Shown: piece by piece, positions 13,500 to 26,954 of the stretch
Position numbering within the stretch: the first letter of the stretch is position 1
Layout: every line of letters starts with the position of its first letter
DNA from: Octopus bimaculoides
Lineage: Eukaryota
Assembly (NCBI RefSeq): GCF_001194135.2
Contig: NC_068988.1
Coordinates: 4,584,191 to 4,648,190, forward strand
DNA: 64,000 nt
Direction of reading: 5' to 3'
Translations under genes and position numbers: made by a program
Notes under the pieces: model-generated
Database searches by the model: none
What the model saw: the letters and a program-made list of their open reading frames with translations, nothing else
Told to the model about the DNA's origin: nothing

Positions 13500-13976
13500 A
13501 TTTCTATCCAAACATAGATTTCATAAATATTTATCACCTCACACAAGCTGACCATTCCAATAAAGACTGAATATTTATACGTGCATATTCACCAGTTATT
13601 CGAAATATAAGGAAATTCGGTCATTTCTTGAACTTTTTGAATAATCTGCGTGAAGCAAATAACTTTTGGGCGAGTTCCTCAATTTATTCGTCTTTGAACA
13701 GATTAAATAAGTTTAAATCTCTTGCTAGATAATGACTGGGAAAATGGCGAGTGAAGCGATGTCTTAACATACTCCCAAGCACCATTTGCTCCATATTTAT
13801 TTAGATTTTATTACGTGCGTTTTGAAGTGTGACGCTTTGTTGAGGTTTGCTTAGCAACTATTATTTCGTTAGAGTCATTACAGGTTTTAAAGTTGATAGT
13901 GCAAGTCCAAATTATTCCGCAGCAATATTTTTCTCCACCCCCCTCTGTTACTGTTTTTATAATCTTTAGTTTAGTG
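13500..13976 (-). mobile_element. pogo/Tigger-type transposase relic (CENP-B-like HTH region), cut by the N gap
   Basis: With frameshifts: TKLKIIK.., NIAAE*FGLALSTL, NMEQMVL, FASRRLFKKFKK*PNFLIFRITGEYA (cf. Tigger F.ASRGWF..FKKR..L..+TGE.A). Confidence 0.6.
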
Positions 13977-14402
13977 NNNNNNNNNNNNNNNNNNNNNNNN
14001 NNNNNNNNNNNNNNNNNNNNNNNNNNNNNNNNNNNNNNNNNNNNNNNNNNNNNNNNNNNNNNNNNNNNNNNNNNNNNNNNNNNNNNNNNNNNNNNNNNNN
14101 NNNNNNNNNNNNNNNNNNNNNNNNNNNNNNNNNNNNNNNNNNNNNNNNNNNNNNNNNNNNNNNNNNNNNNNNNNNNNNNNNNNNNNNNNNNNNNNNNNNN
14201 NNNNNNNNNNNNNNNNNNNNNNNNNNNNNNNNNNNNNNNNNNNNNNNNNNNNNNNNNNNNNNNNNNNNNNNNNNNNNNNNNNNNNNNNNNNNNNNNNNNN
14301 NNNNNNNNNNNNNNNNNNNNNNNNNNNNNNNNNNNNNNNNNNNNNNNNNNNNNNNNNNNNNNNNNNNNNNNNNNNNNNNNNNNNNNNNNNNNNNNNNNNN
14401 NN
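13977..14402. other. Assembly gap (N run); other large gaps at 37757-37986 and 55432-55871
   Basis: Runs of n. Confidence 1.
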
Positions 14403-14514
14403 CTGCAATAATTACTTTGTAACGATGTTTCGTTTAGAGGGGAAACGCAAAAATAAAACATTTTTATTAGCTAATCCATTAGCTATGACATTCTGTTACT
14501 GATTTAGTGACCTA

Positions 14515-14516
<2 letters not shown>

Positions 14517-14579
<63 letters not shown>
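14517..14579. repeat. (GT)n microsatellite
   Basis: Direct inspection. Confidence 0.97.
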
Positions 14580-14583
<4 letters not shown>

Positions 14584-14859
14584 CGTGCGCGTATAGTGAA
14601 TTCTTGGGTTTTATATGAAGAGAATAGTGATGATGTATTGTACTATTTCAAGGACGTGTATTTGTAATGACACTCATGTGCGACGACCATATATTATCGG
14701 ATCAGTTTGCTTAAACATGGGCACCAGTATGGTCATCCTTGCGAAATTCCAGGCAAAAAAATAAGACAAAGTTTAAGTGAGACTGAGAAAAATGGAACGA
14801 AATGATGAGTCAGAATTTAACAGGAACTCCAAGAGTGAGAAGAGAGACAAGCAAGGCGT

Positions 14860-15630
14860 ACTGAATGATGTTGCCGTATAAACCTGGCATTCAGATTCGT
14901 TCTTTGACTTCTCATTGCAGAGGCATGTCAAAAGAGGTTTTAAGACTGTCAAGAATATCTTTCACCTTTCTGAAGAGGACAGAGATAATTCTATAAATAA
15001 TATCATCATTGAAAATGAGATTTCATTTACCCTAAGAATGAAGGAGCTGAATAGTAAATTTACAATCAGAATCCAAGAATATGTGACCCGAACATCCCAG
15101 ACGAAAATATCTAATGGTAAGTGGTTTGGAGGTAAACGGCAGCATTGTGTTTGTTGTTTTTGCAAGCAACAAAGTGCGGATAAATTCCACATTCGAAATG
15201 TTTGCAAAATCACCCGTCCTACTCGTTGCAATCCCCATAAATCTCTTCTTTCATTAATACTGAACACTACCCCCACCTCACAAACGTTTCAAAACTGCGG
15301 CTATGATTGAAAAATAAAACGGAATTTACGTCTGTGAATCACTCCACCTACAGTCCAAACCTTGAGCCCAACTACTGTTACCTCCTCGAGCAAAATGAAA
15401 AAGTGTTTGACAAGTAAACTCTATGTCAAAGCTGATGAGTTGAGTTAAAAGGAAGTTTATCTGAAGAATCAAGCAAGCCTATTCTACAAAATCTTCCACA
15501 AACTTCTTGAGCGAAAAACTATGTTAAAAACATTGGTTCACATATAGAAAAGAATGTTTTGTTGAATTGAAATATAAAAGCTTTGTCTCTTTCTTTCTCA
15601 ACTCAGGTACTTATTGTGTGCAGTACGTGT
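14860..15630 (+). mobile_element. Highly degraded mariner transposase fragment
   Basis: NNIIIENEISF resembles ..I+TGDETW; NHSTYSPNLEPNYCYLL resembles HPPYSPDLAPSDYYLF. Confidence 0.55.
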
Positions 15631-18600
15631 GTTAAGTTTTCGACAACCAGCGAGTCAAGAGAATAAGCTATGATCCATTCAGTTGAAGCGTCCACAGTTA
15701 TTAACGTTTTGCCGACAGACAATAGCACTGTACATCATTGTCGATATTCAGCTGCCCAATCCATTTAGTTCTGAGTATCACCAGATGTAATGATGTTAAA
15801 CAAAAGTTGCAGTTCAAAATTTGTAGTACCTTGATCAACTCTTTCCGTAGACAGAGACAGAAGAGATGAGTCCTACTGGCTGTATGTATAAAATAATAAT
15901 ACTGATCGCCCACTAATGGATAACTCAGATTAGGAAACATCGAATAATTGATATACCATTGAATCCACCCTAATAAGAACATCACCAATATTTTATATAC
16001 AGACGAATGGGAACGAAACTAAATGCAGGAAGTAGGCTGAAATTAGTTGGTGAACATTCACAAAAAATAATTATATCAAATAGAAGTGGGGCATACATAA
16101 AATAAAAATACATGGAAGATTCTGATATTGAGCTAGTAATAGAAATAAATAGCAGAAAATTTGGGAAAATCCAGACGTAATTTCACAGAGAAGAAAAAAA
16201 TGTCTAGCGTAATTGTATGACATTTGTAAAATAGACTTATTACATTCTATGAGAATCTAATTCTACGAGATGTATGTATAAAGAGTATAAGAATTCTTGA
16301 AAAGTAGTTGCTCTGAATATCTTTTCTTAATTATTTTTGTCTTCTTTTACTTAATATGTTTTACAAATACTCTTTTTTATGTGTGTTTGTGTGTGTGTCC
16401 TAGAATAGCACGATTACAAATTTGTAGTAAGATTGGGAATGGTGATATAAACTGAGCTGAAATATTTTGATGACGAGCAGCGTCATTATAAACAACGTAG
16501 CTCAATGCTTTCTATTTATGTTATCAACTCGACAATGTTAATGGTATTAAAAAAAATAAGAGGATTTTATTAAGATATGTCTGTTAATTATATAATGTCT
16601 ATGAAGATAGCAAAATATAAAAACAACCTACAACATTTATTAGCATATACTGAAAAAGATTCTACAAATAATAAACAACACGTTTATTCTTTGAGAAGAT
16701 AGTACATGCTACAGATAGGTGCCAGTTATCTTCATCCAGCATCTAGCTATTAAACTATATCCAGGGTGTGTGAAATTATTTCTACTCATATCATTTATCT
16801 TGTTCTAAATGTATATGATAATGAGATCAAGTTCATAACTATAAGCATTGGAACCACAGTATGAATGATAAGTGGGTTTGTTTTGTGCATGTAGATTTTT
16901 GTTTAAATCAGCGTCAGCTATGACGTTGAATAACTGTTAGCCTCTTCTGAAGTAAAAAAAAAATATATATATCAAGTGGACTTACATAATTGTCTACAAG
17001 TTGGGACCGATTCAGTCTAAGTTGTTTCACCGCCTGGAAGACGTCTACTTCTTTTTCAGCATTAATTCTCTCCAGTACACAACTTATAGCGCAGTACAGT
17101 CCACTTCTGCTAGCACCATTCCTACAAGTAATTTTTACATGGAATATATAAATATATATCTTTGTTGTCTACAAAATAGAACACTTAAAAATGAAGAATT
17201 TGAATGACTTTATTAAATTATGAAGATTAATGATTATACAAGAATTATTTCACAAATTCATATCATTTGACAGTGGACAATTGTTTCAAGTACATCACTT
17301 AAAATTTTCGTAATAAATTTGTCGATAATTATTATGGCAATGAGAAAAATAGAACTTTCAGATAATAAAGTTTTCAATGATCAAGTTTGAGACAGTAACT
17401 TACATGCAATGAACTGTGACAGGGAGTGAATCCCCTGTTTCATGTTGCCATTTCTCAACCATATCCAGCAGCTCTACCAGAGCTAGTTTTGAGTTGGGGA
17501 AGTTGTCCCCTTCAGACCAGCGATGAAAATGGAATTGCCGAACAATTCGCGGAGCTTCTTGTGGCTAAATGAATTTTGAAAAAAATATTTCTATCATTAA
17601 TGATTCTGGAAAACATAATTTATTTAAAGTTTCTTATTTATATAATCATATTGTTTGTTGAGGTTTAAATATTTTACCGACATTTAAGCATTGAATACAG
17701 AGAAAAATCTAAGAGTAGATTTTTGGCAGATACGAAGATAAGACTTTTAATAAACAGACTAAATAACAAAACATTTTATTTAAATGGTTTTCAATCTCAC
17801 TTTTCATCACTCATATTACCATTCATAGAATCATTTTAGTATTTCCGATTCTAAGCTCTTGAAATGTTTAAAGTTTTGAAAATGAGGAGCTATGTTGACC
17901 TTGTAAAGAATCAGGTGCTATCTCTCAATAATAGAAAATGATGAATTAATTGCTCTTAACTCGAAATGTTGTTATCATTTTGTTTAGTTCCTTGAAGACC
18001 ATCTTCGAATCCCATTGGGATCGACTTTGCGTTGATCCTCCTGAGATCGATGCAATAAGAATCAGTGGTCTCATTTCAATCGATTATCTCCTCTCCGACA
18101 GATTTGATGTATTGCTACAATTTAAGTAATCGATATTAAATTGTAACTTAGCAGTAATAAGTTGATAACTTATAAGTTATATGTTGTTGTGCCTGAAATA
18201 ATGAATCTGTTCATGGAACCTTTTGAAATGTTTTAGTCTTTTTGTTATATAAAATAAAAACGAATGGAAATACATTCTACTACAATCACACCAAGTACAG
18301 CAAAAAAAAAACAAGAGGGAGACATAAACAATGAAATACTCGTTGACTGAGCTCTCTTGCACCAAATTATCGTCGGAAAATAAATTGTATTTTAATTGTC
18401 CTCAACAGAACGTAATTGTTCAACACCTGTGACTTCGTGTAGATGACCAACTCGATTTTGACATGAAGATGAATAAATAAAAAACATTTGGAGAAAGTAA
18501 TCTACTTAAGATTCTGTAGAAGCAACACGAAACTATACAAAAACAACAACTACATCGTACCAGATATCTACCAAACACATATTTACCACTGCCAGTTCAA

Positions 18601-18769
18601 GATTCTGTTTTGTATTCCGTTAATGGAGACTGAGATTGAGTAACAAAATGTCCCTATTAATTCCAGTCTGTGCTTATTAAAATAAATCCCACACAACATT
18701 TCTGTAAATATTGTGTGAATAAATGTATGTATATACATACATGATGCACACATACACACAATCGCTCTA

Positions 18770-19350
18770 AGATGTCATGGTTGCAGAATACTAATGATAG
18801 TGTGTTGTGTATTTGTGTAGTTGTAATATGTTCCCCTTTGCAGTTGAAACAAGCAAAGCAAAATGGTGGAGATCAGCAATCATTCCGATGGACGAACTTT
18901 TCAACCTGTTCAGACGCCACTCACAAAACCTGAAACTGACCAGTGTTACAAAACATCACAGTTTACAAGTCAGACTGCCTCACCAGGTCATTCATGTGAG
19001 GAGATTCAACAGTCCGATAATAGAGTTCAATAAGGTAATATGATCGCACGGATATGCACTTCGACAAACCGGAAAAAATCCAAGGCATTCGTCTATGAAT
19101 ATACAAAGTCTATTTGCCAACATAAAGTGGCAGTCCTGATTAGGACGATGTTACTACCTTTTTTAGCCCCAGTAAAACATCTTTTCCAGCTGGCTATCGA
19201 CGCACAACAGCGTCCTTATACTCTGAACAAGGGAGCTAATGTCCCTACTCAGCCTTAAACGGTACCTGCAGACCAATGGTTTCTGGGTTATTTCCCTTTA
19301 TTAGCACAGGATAACCGTTGGCTAGAGATGGCAGCACTAGGCCTTAAAGG
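18770..19350. repeat. Interspersed repeat fragment(s), unclassified; partly re-copied at 19947-20017 (direct) and 20072-20160 (inverted)
   Basis: Internal duplications are visible in the window; no clear coding signal. Confidence 0.55.
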
Positions 19351-19440
19351 TTTATACTTTCGAAATGACACACAGTCACTGACCTCGTAAGGACAAAAAC
19401 AATTAGTTTTAAATCTCTGAGCGAGAAATAAATAGTAACA

Positions 19441-19918
19441 GTTGGCACTCCATCGCTTACGACGTCGAGGGTTCCAGTTGATCCGATCAACGGAACAGCC
19501 TGCTCATGAAATTAACGTGCAAGTGGCTGAGCCCTCCACAGACACGTGTACCCTTAACGTAGTTCTCGGGGATATTCAGCGTGACACAGTGTGACAAGGC
19601 TGACCCTTTGAATTACAGGCACAACATAAACAGGAAGTAAGAGTGAGAGAAAGTTGTGGTGAAAGAGTACAGCAGNNNNNNNNNNTGTGACAAGGCTGAC
19701 CCTTTGAATTACAGGCACAACATAAACAGGAAGTAAGAGTGAGAGAAAGTTGTGGTGAAAGAGTACAGCAGGGTTCGCCACCATCGCCTGCCGGAGCCTC
19801 GTGGAGCTTTTAGGCGTTTTCGCTCAATAAACACTCACAACGCCCGGTCTGGGAATCGAAACCGCGATCCTATGACTGCGAGTCCGCTGCCCTAACCACT
19901 GGGCCATTGCGCCTCCAC
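19441..19918 (-). mobile_element. tRNA-derived SINE (family A, octopus OR-type-like), full length; contains an 86-bp false duplication around a 10-N gap
   Basis: Head gtggaggcgcaatggcccagtggttagggcagcggactcg..ggtttcgattccc has A and B boxes; near-identical to 48120-48508; TSD-like tagtaaca at 19433-19440 and 19921-19928. Confidence 0.9.
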
Positions 19919-20479
19919 TTTAGTAACAGTACTACAGTGTAAAGTTTATTTGCCAACGTAAAGTGCTGATTCTGATTAGGACGGAGTTTTCTATCTTTTT
20001 AGCCCCATGAAAACATCGTTAAAATTAATTGTTTTTCTCCTTACGAGATCAGTGAATGTGTGTCACTTTAAAAGGCCTAGTGCTGCCATCTCTAGCCAAC
20101 GGTTATCCTGTGCCGATAAAGAAAATAAACCCAAAAGCCATTGGTCTGCAGGTACCATTTATAACTTCTATTGTGTACAGCAGACTTTCATTTAGCCGGG
20201 CGTCTATTTGCTACATCAGTGGATATTTAATGTTTTCCTATTTGCATACATGCATATCGATACCGTTACCAAGATCTGTGCATTTCAGTATTATCTGTAA
20301 TGAATCATACACATAGTTTGCTATTTAAGTCATTAGGTCTGAGACATTAACAAGCTGCTGCACATATAGACACAGTTCTATGTGTGTATGTATGCATATT
20401 CGTTGGTATGTACGTACGTTTGTATATGTTTGTGGGGGGGGGGTGTTCTCCTCTTTACAATTTAGAATAAATGTTGACG

Positions 20480-21100
20480 AGCCACCTGTTTGGTAGCAAG
20501 GTTGTAAAAGAAGCATCGTATTTTGTTCATCGTCCATTAAATCTGAAGAATGTCTTGTAGATTTTTATCGTGATCTTTTGTATGAATTAAGGATCTGTGT
20601 TCTATCTCCAACAACCCAACTTCATCCATTCTTTGATCCAGATGGGTTGATATGTATCCTTTCGCTCTAAAAATGTGTGAAGCTGAAAGTATATCTTGGG
20701 GACTGGATCTGCAAACACTTAACAATGGTGCACAGATGTCCTCTTTCTGGTATGTATTGTAGTGCTACAAGAGATCTTGAATCAGCATGTGGAGCACGTT
20801 TATTTAGGTCTGATGAAACCAAACGATGTGTGTTGTTTTTGTTGTTGCTCCTCACTTTCTTAATGATCAAATCGATGACCAATGTACGCTCAAGGCACCG
20901 AAATGCTCTGATTCCTCCTCCTTTTTTGGACACTTGCGTCAAAGAATTTATTGGCGTGTAGATATAACGTTGGTCCTTTAGCAATAATCGATCAGAATAG
21001 TTTCGCCATCACCATCAAACAGGATACATTGATCGAAATTGGTCAAATCCTTAGAAATTCAGTTCTTTTGTTTTCAAAAAGTGTCCACAGTACCTACGTC
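20480..21100 (-). mobile_element. Degraded R4/Dong-like LINE fragment (post-RT region)
   Basis: YIYTP..SKKGGGIRAF resembles LY+PRKEGGRGL; KEWMK/GLLEIEHRSLIHTKD resembles WLK..GL+.ETE.+I.A.QD. Confidence 0.5.
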
Positions 21101-23489
21101 TTTTCCCATAGAATATTTTTTATGCTTCGATATAAGATTCAATAAAAGATTGTTGTAATTATGCGAAGAATGCAGATATTTTGAAAGTCCAGTGTAGTAT
21201 GTACATTGATAGCTGAAAGGGACAGTCTGACAAAAATGTCTGTTTAAGGGTCACTGTTTCTCCAATTCTTTCTTTTTTCTTCTTCTTCTTCTTCTTTGGC
21301 TCCAGCTGTGAATTGGAAAGTGTTGGAAAAACATCTTTATTTCTTTACTTCACCTCTCCCTTCCTCTCTTCCTCCCCCTCTCTCTCTATGCTTTTTCTGG
21401 ATTTACTCTACTAGTGTTTGTGTATGAATGTGTGTATGTGTGTTTGTCTAAATGCTAATGTTTATGTGTAACCGTATCCTTCACATGTAGACGCACTAAT
21501 AACTATCTACATATATACCTGTGAACAAATGCCCGTACATGAACATGCTTTTGTAAGAAAATAGATATATTTAGTTGCATGTAATACTAAATAAGCTGTT
21601 AATTCAACACCAGGATATGGTTTTATTACGTTTATCAACAAATAAATTTATTTGAAAACGGATTAGTCCATAGAAATCAGAAGATATATTGACACCTTAT
21701 TATTATTTCCTTTAGGGATTCTCTTCACAACTCCCTTTCGCTCTCTTTCCCCTCTCTTCTGCCCTCCATCCCGTCCGTCACTCCACCTCTCTCTCTATCT
21801 CCCCCTCTCTCTTGATCAATCCTATGAAAAGCTGTTACAAGAAAGAAACTTGATTTGGCGAAACATTTGTTTACGTGAATTATATCACCACGCTTTATTA
21901 AATATTGATATTTCTTAACGATTTGACCAGAGCTAATCCATAACTACGTGACAGCTTTCATCGACATATAATGCTAAAAATGATGTTAATAATTGTTGCA
22001 ACATTAACTGCAATGCTTTTTTTTTTATTAAATCAAATAATTTGCGCGAAACAATTACCGTATGTTATATGAGTCCAATGATTACGTATTTATTTTCAAA
22101 GAAAACATAGTTGTTTTATTCTATTGCTGTATACTATCTAATTCAATTTACATCTCTTTATTTGGTTGCATTAGAGCCGTCTGAAATGGCAGAAATATCT
22201 TTGCTAACAAATCATGTTGTCGTTTAGTCATATTATTGCTCTGGATTATTTATAGTATTTATATTCTGTGATATTTCTATGAATTGAAAAGCTGGAGAGA
22301 TCAGTAAATTTTCCAAATGCTCCACCATATTGTGAGAGTTCTCTCCGTCGATAGGTAAATGTTATTGTTTAATTTATTGTTGTCAGTGTTGTTGTAGTTA
22401 TTGGTGTTGCAACTGGTTTTGTCGATTCGAGTTAATTGAAGTAATATGTAGAACAGTGTTATACTAGTTGCAATTTGTTTGTACTTAAAGTAGCTAACAC
22501 CCTAAGGCTGCAGCATATTCTAATATTTCTATACGCAGAAATATGTATTAACTGCCTCCATATTAACTGGTGTTATATTAACTCTTTGATTCATTCCTTT
22601 CGTCTGTCAGAACATACTGTTGCTGCTTGAAGAATCCTTTAATCATACTTCTGGTATTTATGATACCGAACGTCATGGCTGACTGAACCGAGAGAATATC
22701 AGACAAACAATCGAGGCGAGGATAACTCTTGCCATGTCGTTAGTACTGCAGTCTTTTATGACTGAAGCATTTTAACCCTGAACGGCTCAGTTGATATAAA
22801 CTGAATGGTTAACACATGAACGAGCGACTCACCAGTACCAGCAGCATAATAAAGTTTACGAGTGTTTTGTTAGCATGTCAATTGAAGCACAGGTCTTCCG
22901 ATAGAGAATTAATTTGAGACTGACTGCTATACTATCGAAATAAAGGCCTGGCTCTAATCCGTTTATTGCTATAAAAAGGTAAATTAACATCACTTTATGA
23001 CAGGGTTAACGCTTATTGTTCAGTTACTACCCATTTTAATTGTCTATGGGCAACACTAAATTACTACCTGCGGTTCGATCTACAGGTCTGTAAAGAACAT
23101 GAGACTAAAATGATTTGTCACTTTGTCAGATCATTGATTCATTTCATTTTGGTCATATTTTTACTGAGATTATTATATAGGCACCACTTCAGACATCTAA
23201 AAAAATGTTGTCTTCATTACCAGGTGTGGTCAGCAATTGGTCAGTAATTTTAGCCTAAACTTTTGCGGAACCTGTTACATCAGCTTCTTAGAGCAGCATG
23301 GGTAGGAAGAAGAGACATTCATAACTCTATGGTAGAGTAAACGATTCTGTAAAATACTTCCAATCAATCATAAACAGAATCATGGACTCAGTTTACCCTG
23401 AACTTTATTTTTTAATCCAGAGACTACGCCATTAGTTTTTAAGCGTTCTTCGTCCTCTTGCAGTGTTATTGTTATCATTTAATAAAGTC

Positions 23490-23491
<2 letters not shown>

Positions 23492-23533
<42 letters not shown>
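23492..23533. repeat. (GA)n microsatellite
   Basis: Direct inspection. Confidence 0.95.
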
Positions 23534-23537
<4 letters not shown>

Positions 23538-24414
23538 GAAGGTAATTTTCTCAAGATTCCATCTCAAAATAATGCATTATTCATTCTTTTGTACGCTCAC
23601 AATTGTAGAGTGGGGCAGGAAGGACCAGAGACCTAAAGACCCAAGTTTTTGTCTTCCTGCACAGGTATTGGTATATATCGATATCTATTTAAATCGAGTA
23701 TGTAGAATTACGTTGTTAGATATACAAGAATAATAGTCAACATCGGATGAACATTATACATACACACACACACACACACACACACATAATATAGATGAAA
23801 GAAATGTTTCCTTGGTGTGTAAATTCTTAACGTTTCGTCTTTTATCGAAGACATATCAACATTATTGTCTTCCTTCGTCTTAAACATATTCAAATATGTC
23901 AAACAACAAGGCACATCTTCAGCGTAAAGAAAGAAAACAGCACGAGCTCTAGACTCTTGTCTTTTGATGTCATTATTTCATCAATAGGAAAAAAGAGAAC
24001 AAAACAGAATATCTCAGGTGTTTAAGACGCTTAGAATTTTTAAAATTGAATCATCCACTTCATGGCAAGTGTCTGTTACAATACTAGCTTTTAAACTTTC
24101 ATAAAAATAATTAATAAATTGAATTTAGCAGATGAGAATAAAAGAAACAAATTTTGATTAAACATATTCAAGTGTCTTGAAATGAGTGTGGTACAAAGGA
24201 AGCTTTTTCTCTCTCTCATTCGATGGTCAATGATAATAAGAAAGATTATCGTCTTCCTTGTCATTATAATGACGAGAAAGATAGGAATTCAACACTTCAG
24301 TCCAGCCTGAGTTATACATCCGATATGATCGACGCACCGGAAATAATCATTAACATTTCACAGATAAATGAGGAGAGTGGATGTAGGTAACGCAAATAAT
24401 ATTTCCACCACTAA

Positions 24415-24520
<106 letters not shown>

Positions 24521-24521
24521 T

Positions 24522-24682
24522 AAATCCCACGACAAGTGGTACAGGCACCATACAGAGGGTGTAGTAAATGGCGAGGGCGTCACCATCCTTTGGAACTTTC
24601 CAATACAAATAGACAAAAAAAATTGATTCCAATCGACCAGACATTGTGATCAAGGACTACAACAGAGGAACTTGTCTGTTAA
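24522..24682 (+). mobile_element. R4/Dong-like LINE RLE fragment
   Basis: KSHDKWYRHHTEGVVNGEGVTILWNFPIQIDKK(frameshift)IDSNRPDIVIKDYNRGTCLL, the typical KWY.H....+LW.F.IQ.D....NRPDIV motif. Confidence 0.85.
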
Positions 24683-24797
24683 CAGAACTACGTGTCTGTG
24701 GAGTGCTCAGCCACTTGCACGTTAATTTCACGAGCAGGCTGTTCCGTTGATCGGATCAACTGGAACCCTCGACGTCGTAAGCGACGGAGTGCCAACA
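24683..24797 (+). mobile_element. SINE family A 3' fragment
   Basis: gtgtctgtggagtgctcagccacttgcacgttaatttcacgagcaggctgttccgttgatcggatcaactggaaccctcgacgtcgtaagcgacggagtgccaac matches the 3' domain of 48120-48508. Confidence 0.9.
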
Positions 24798-26412
24798 AAT
24801 ACACACACATAAATATATATACAGACACACGCTTACATATATTTATATATATTTATAATCATATATGTACTTATAATTATGCGTCTCCATAAGTATTTAT
24901 AATAGTACCTCGTACGTTTATTCATGTTTAAGTAGAATAGTGATACATGTATCATTTGAATATTTGTGTATACAAATGAAATCGAAGTTATTCATGCAAG
25001 CTTTCTATCTACAGATACATACATATATATATATACATACATACATACATACTCCCGCCATTTCTTACACCCCTCCATATGTAACCAGTACATGCAATCT
25101 TAGATACATATATAAACTTCTATTGATTTCTACTGATTTGTGTCCTTTTTCTCTTCTTTTGTCTGCTTTCCCCATATTGATTGGAAATATTTTAATGTAG
25201 ACGGCCGGGGGATTATGGGAAATTCTAAGCATTAATTAGATTTCAACTAAATATAGCAGAAAACCTTTGAACGTAGATATTTTACCGATACGTTCAAGTG
25301 GAGCCGTGAGAATATTTTGGCACATCTGCTAGATAGCTTTTGGGTTGTATTTCATTCATTCCATTAGTTTGTCTTGCTTGCCTTTAAGGATTATATATGT
25401 TCAGAGACTGTTCTAGTAGCATTCTTTACAGCCATGGGTCAGTGGTTTTCTAGTCTGCTTATAGAACCGCAATACGATTACAGATAATCGGAATGTATTT
25501 GACGTGAAAACTCAAGATGATTACAATGTTATTATTATTCTTGTTTTTGTTTTTGATGTTGCTGTTGTTGTTGGTTCTATTCATATTCTTACTGATGTTA
25601 TGTTTCTTCTTGTTTCTTTCTCTTTTCCTAATAAGAACAACGTATTGCAGAATGTCTTTATAATGTTTAACTGCCTCTCTCTCGGGACCTGGGTTCAAAA
25701 CTCCACATGGTGTGCTAAGCCGTCACCTCCCCGAAAACCACATCCCAGTAAAATAGTTAATTAAAACAACTATTGATATCCCAATCCTAATATTTGGATA
25801 GCTTCACTGTTTCTTTTCGATATATAATGTCGTCTGTTTGAATTGTTATTTTGATTTCTGTCATCTTTCTGCTGAAATAAATTGGCAGACCCAGAGTATA
25901 GCATGCTTTGAGACATTTTGTGGTATATGTGTTCTTTATATTTCATTAGGCTACCATAACTTTTTCAATATGAATGATTCATCGATACGTACATATGTGC
26001 GCGTGTGTATTATGTGTGTGTGTGTGTATGCATGCGTGTGTATGTGTGTGTATGTGCGTGTGTGCTTGTAATATTTGTAAAGTGTATTTTAAGGCAGTCG
26101 GCATTTAACAAACATTTTAGAATCTCTTTATAACGCTACGGAAGAAATTGTGAAGAGAATTCATGCAGTTTCGGCGAAATTTCTTGTTAAGGATCTCTTT
26201 TTTTCTTTCTTGCTTATTAGCATCAGAAAGAACACATAAAACTAACAAATTTGGCCAGAATATTTGGAAATTATTCATATATAGTATTTTAAGAGCTACA
26301 AATGTATTTTATAATATATTCTCTCCAAACAATCTTTAGAAATGTGCGTGTGTGTATATGTTTGCGCGTGCGTTTGATGTATGTTTGTATGTAAACTTAC
26401 GTAAATATGTAT

Positions 26413-26614
26413 GTTAAAGAAGTGATTTTAAATTCTCAATCGCAGGATTATGCTAATAATATAGCCTGAGACTCGAACTCACACCTGGAGGTGTGAGTTC
26501 GAGTCTCGTAGCTAACCACCTACACTTTTTTCTGCAAAATAGGGTAGCTTATCCTGTTCAGACTATATTATTAGCATTATTCTGCGATTGAGAATTTAAA
26601 ATCACTTCCTTAAC
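26413..26614. repeat. Nested palindromic (foldback) element with tRNA B-box-like core
   Basis: Outer arms 26413-26469 and 26558-26614 (57 nt, 4 mismatches); perfect inner 19-bp arms 26468-26486 and 26489-26507. Confidence 0.9.
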
Positions 26615-26699
26615 TTTCTAAGACATCTCAACGCTTCTAAAAGCAAACTTCGTTTGTTTATTTACGTTTATCGTAATTTGAATTTGTACATATGTATAT

Positions 26700-26738
<39 letters not shown>

Positions 26739-26859
26739 ATTGTGAAAGTNNNNNNNNNNAATCACTTCCTTAACTTTCTAAGACATCTCAACGCTTCTAA
26801 AAGCAAACTTCGTTTGTTTATTTACGTTTATCGTAATTTGAATTTGTACATATGTATAT

Positions 26860-26898
<39 letters not shown>

Positions 26899-26910
26899 AT
26901 TGTGAAAGTA

Positions 26911-26950
<40 letters not shown>

Positions 26951-26954
26951 CAAG

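Noticed and set aside
18863-19033. 56-aa frame containing SPGHSCEEIQQ (fibrinogen/COLFI-like start)
   Set aside because: It stops immediately and lies in a segment that behaves as an interspersed repeat.
19860-19918. SINE heads as genuine tRNA genes
   Set aside because: No complete cloverleaf or acceptor stem, and each continues into SINE body and tail, with TSDs.
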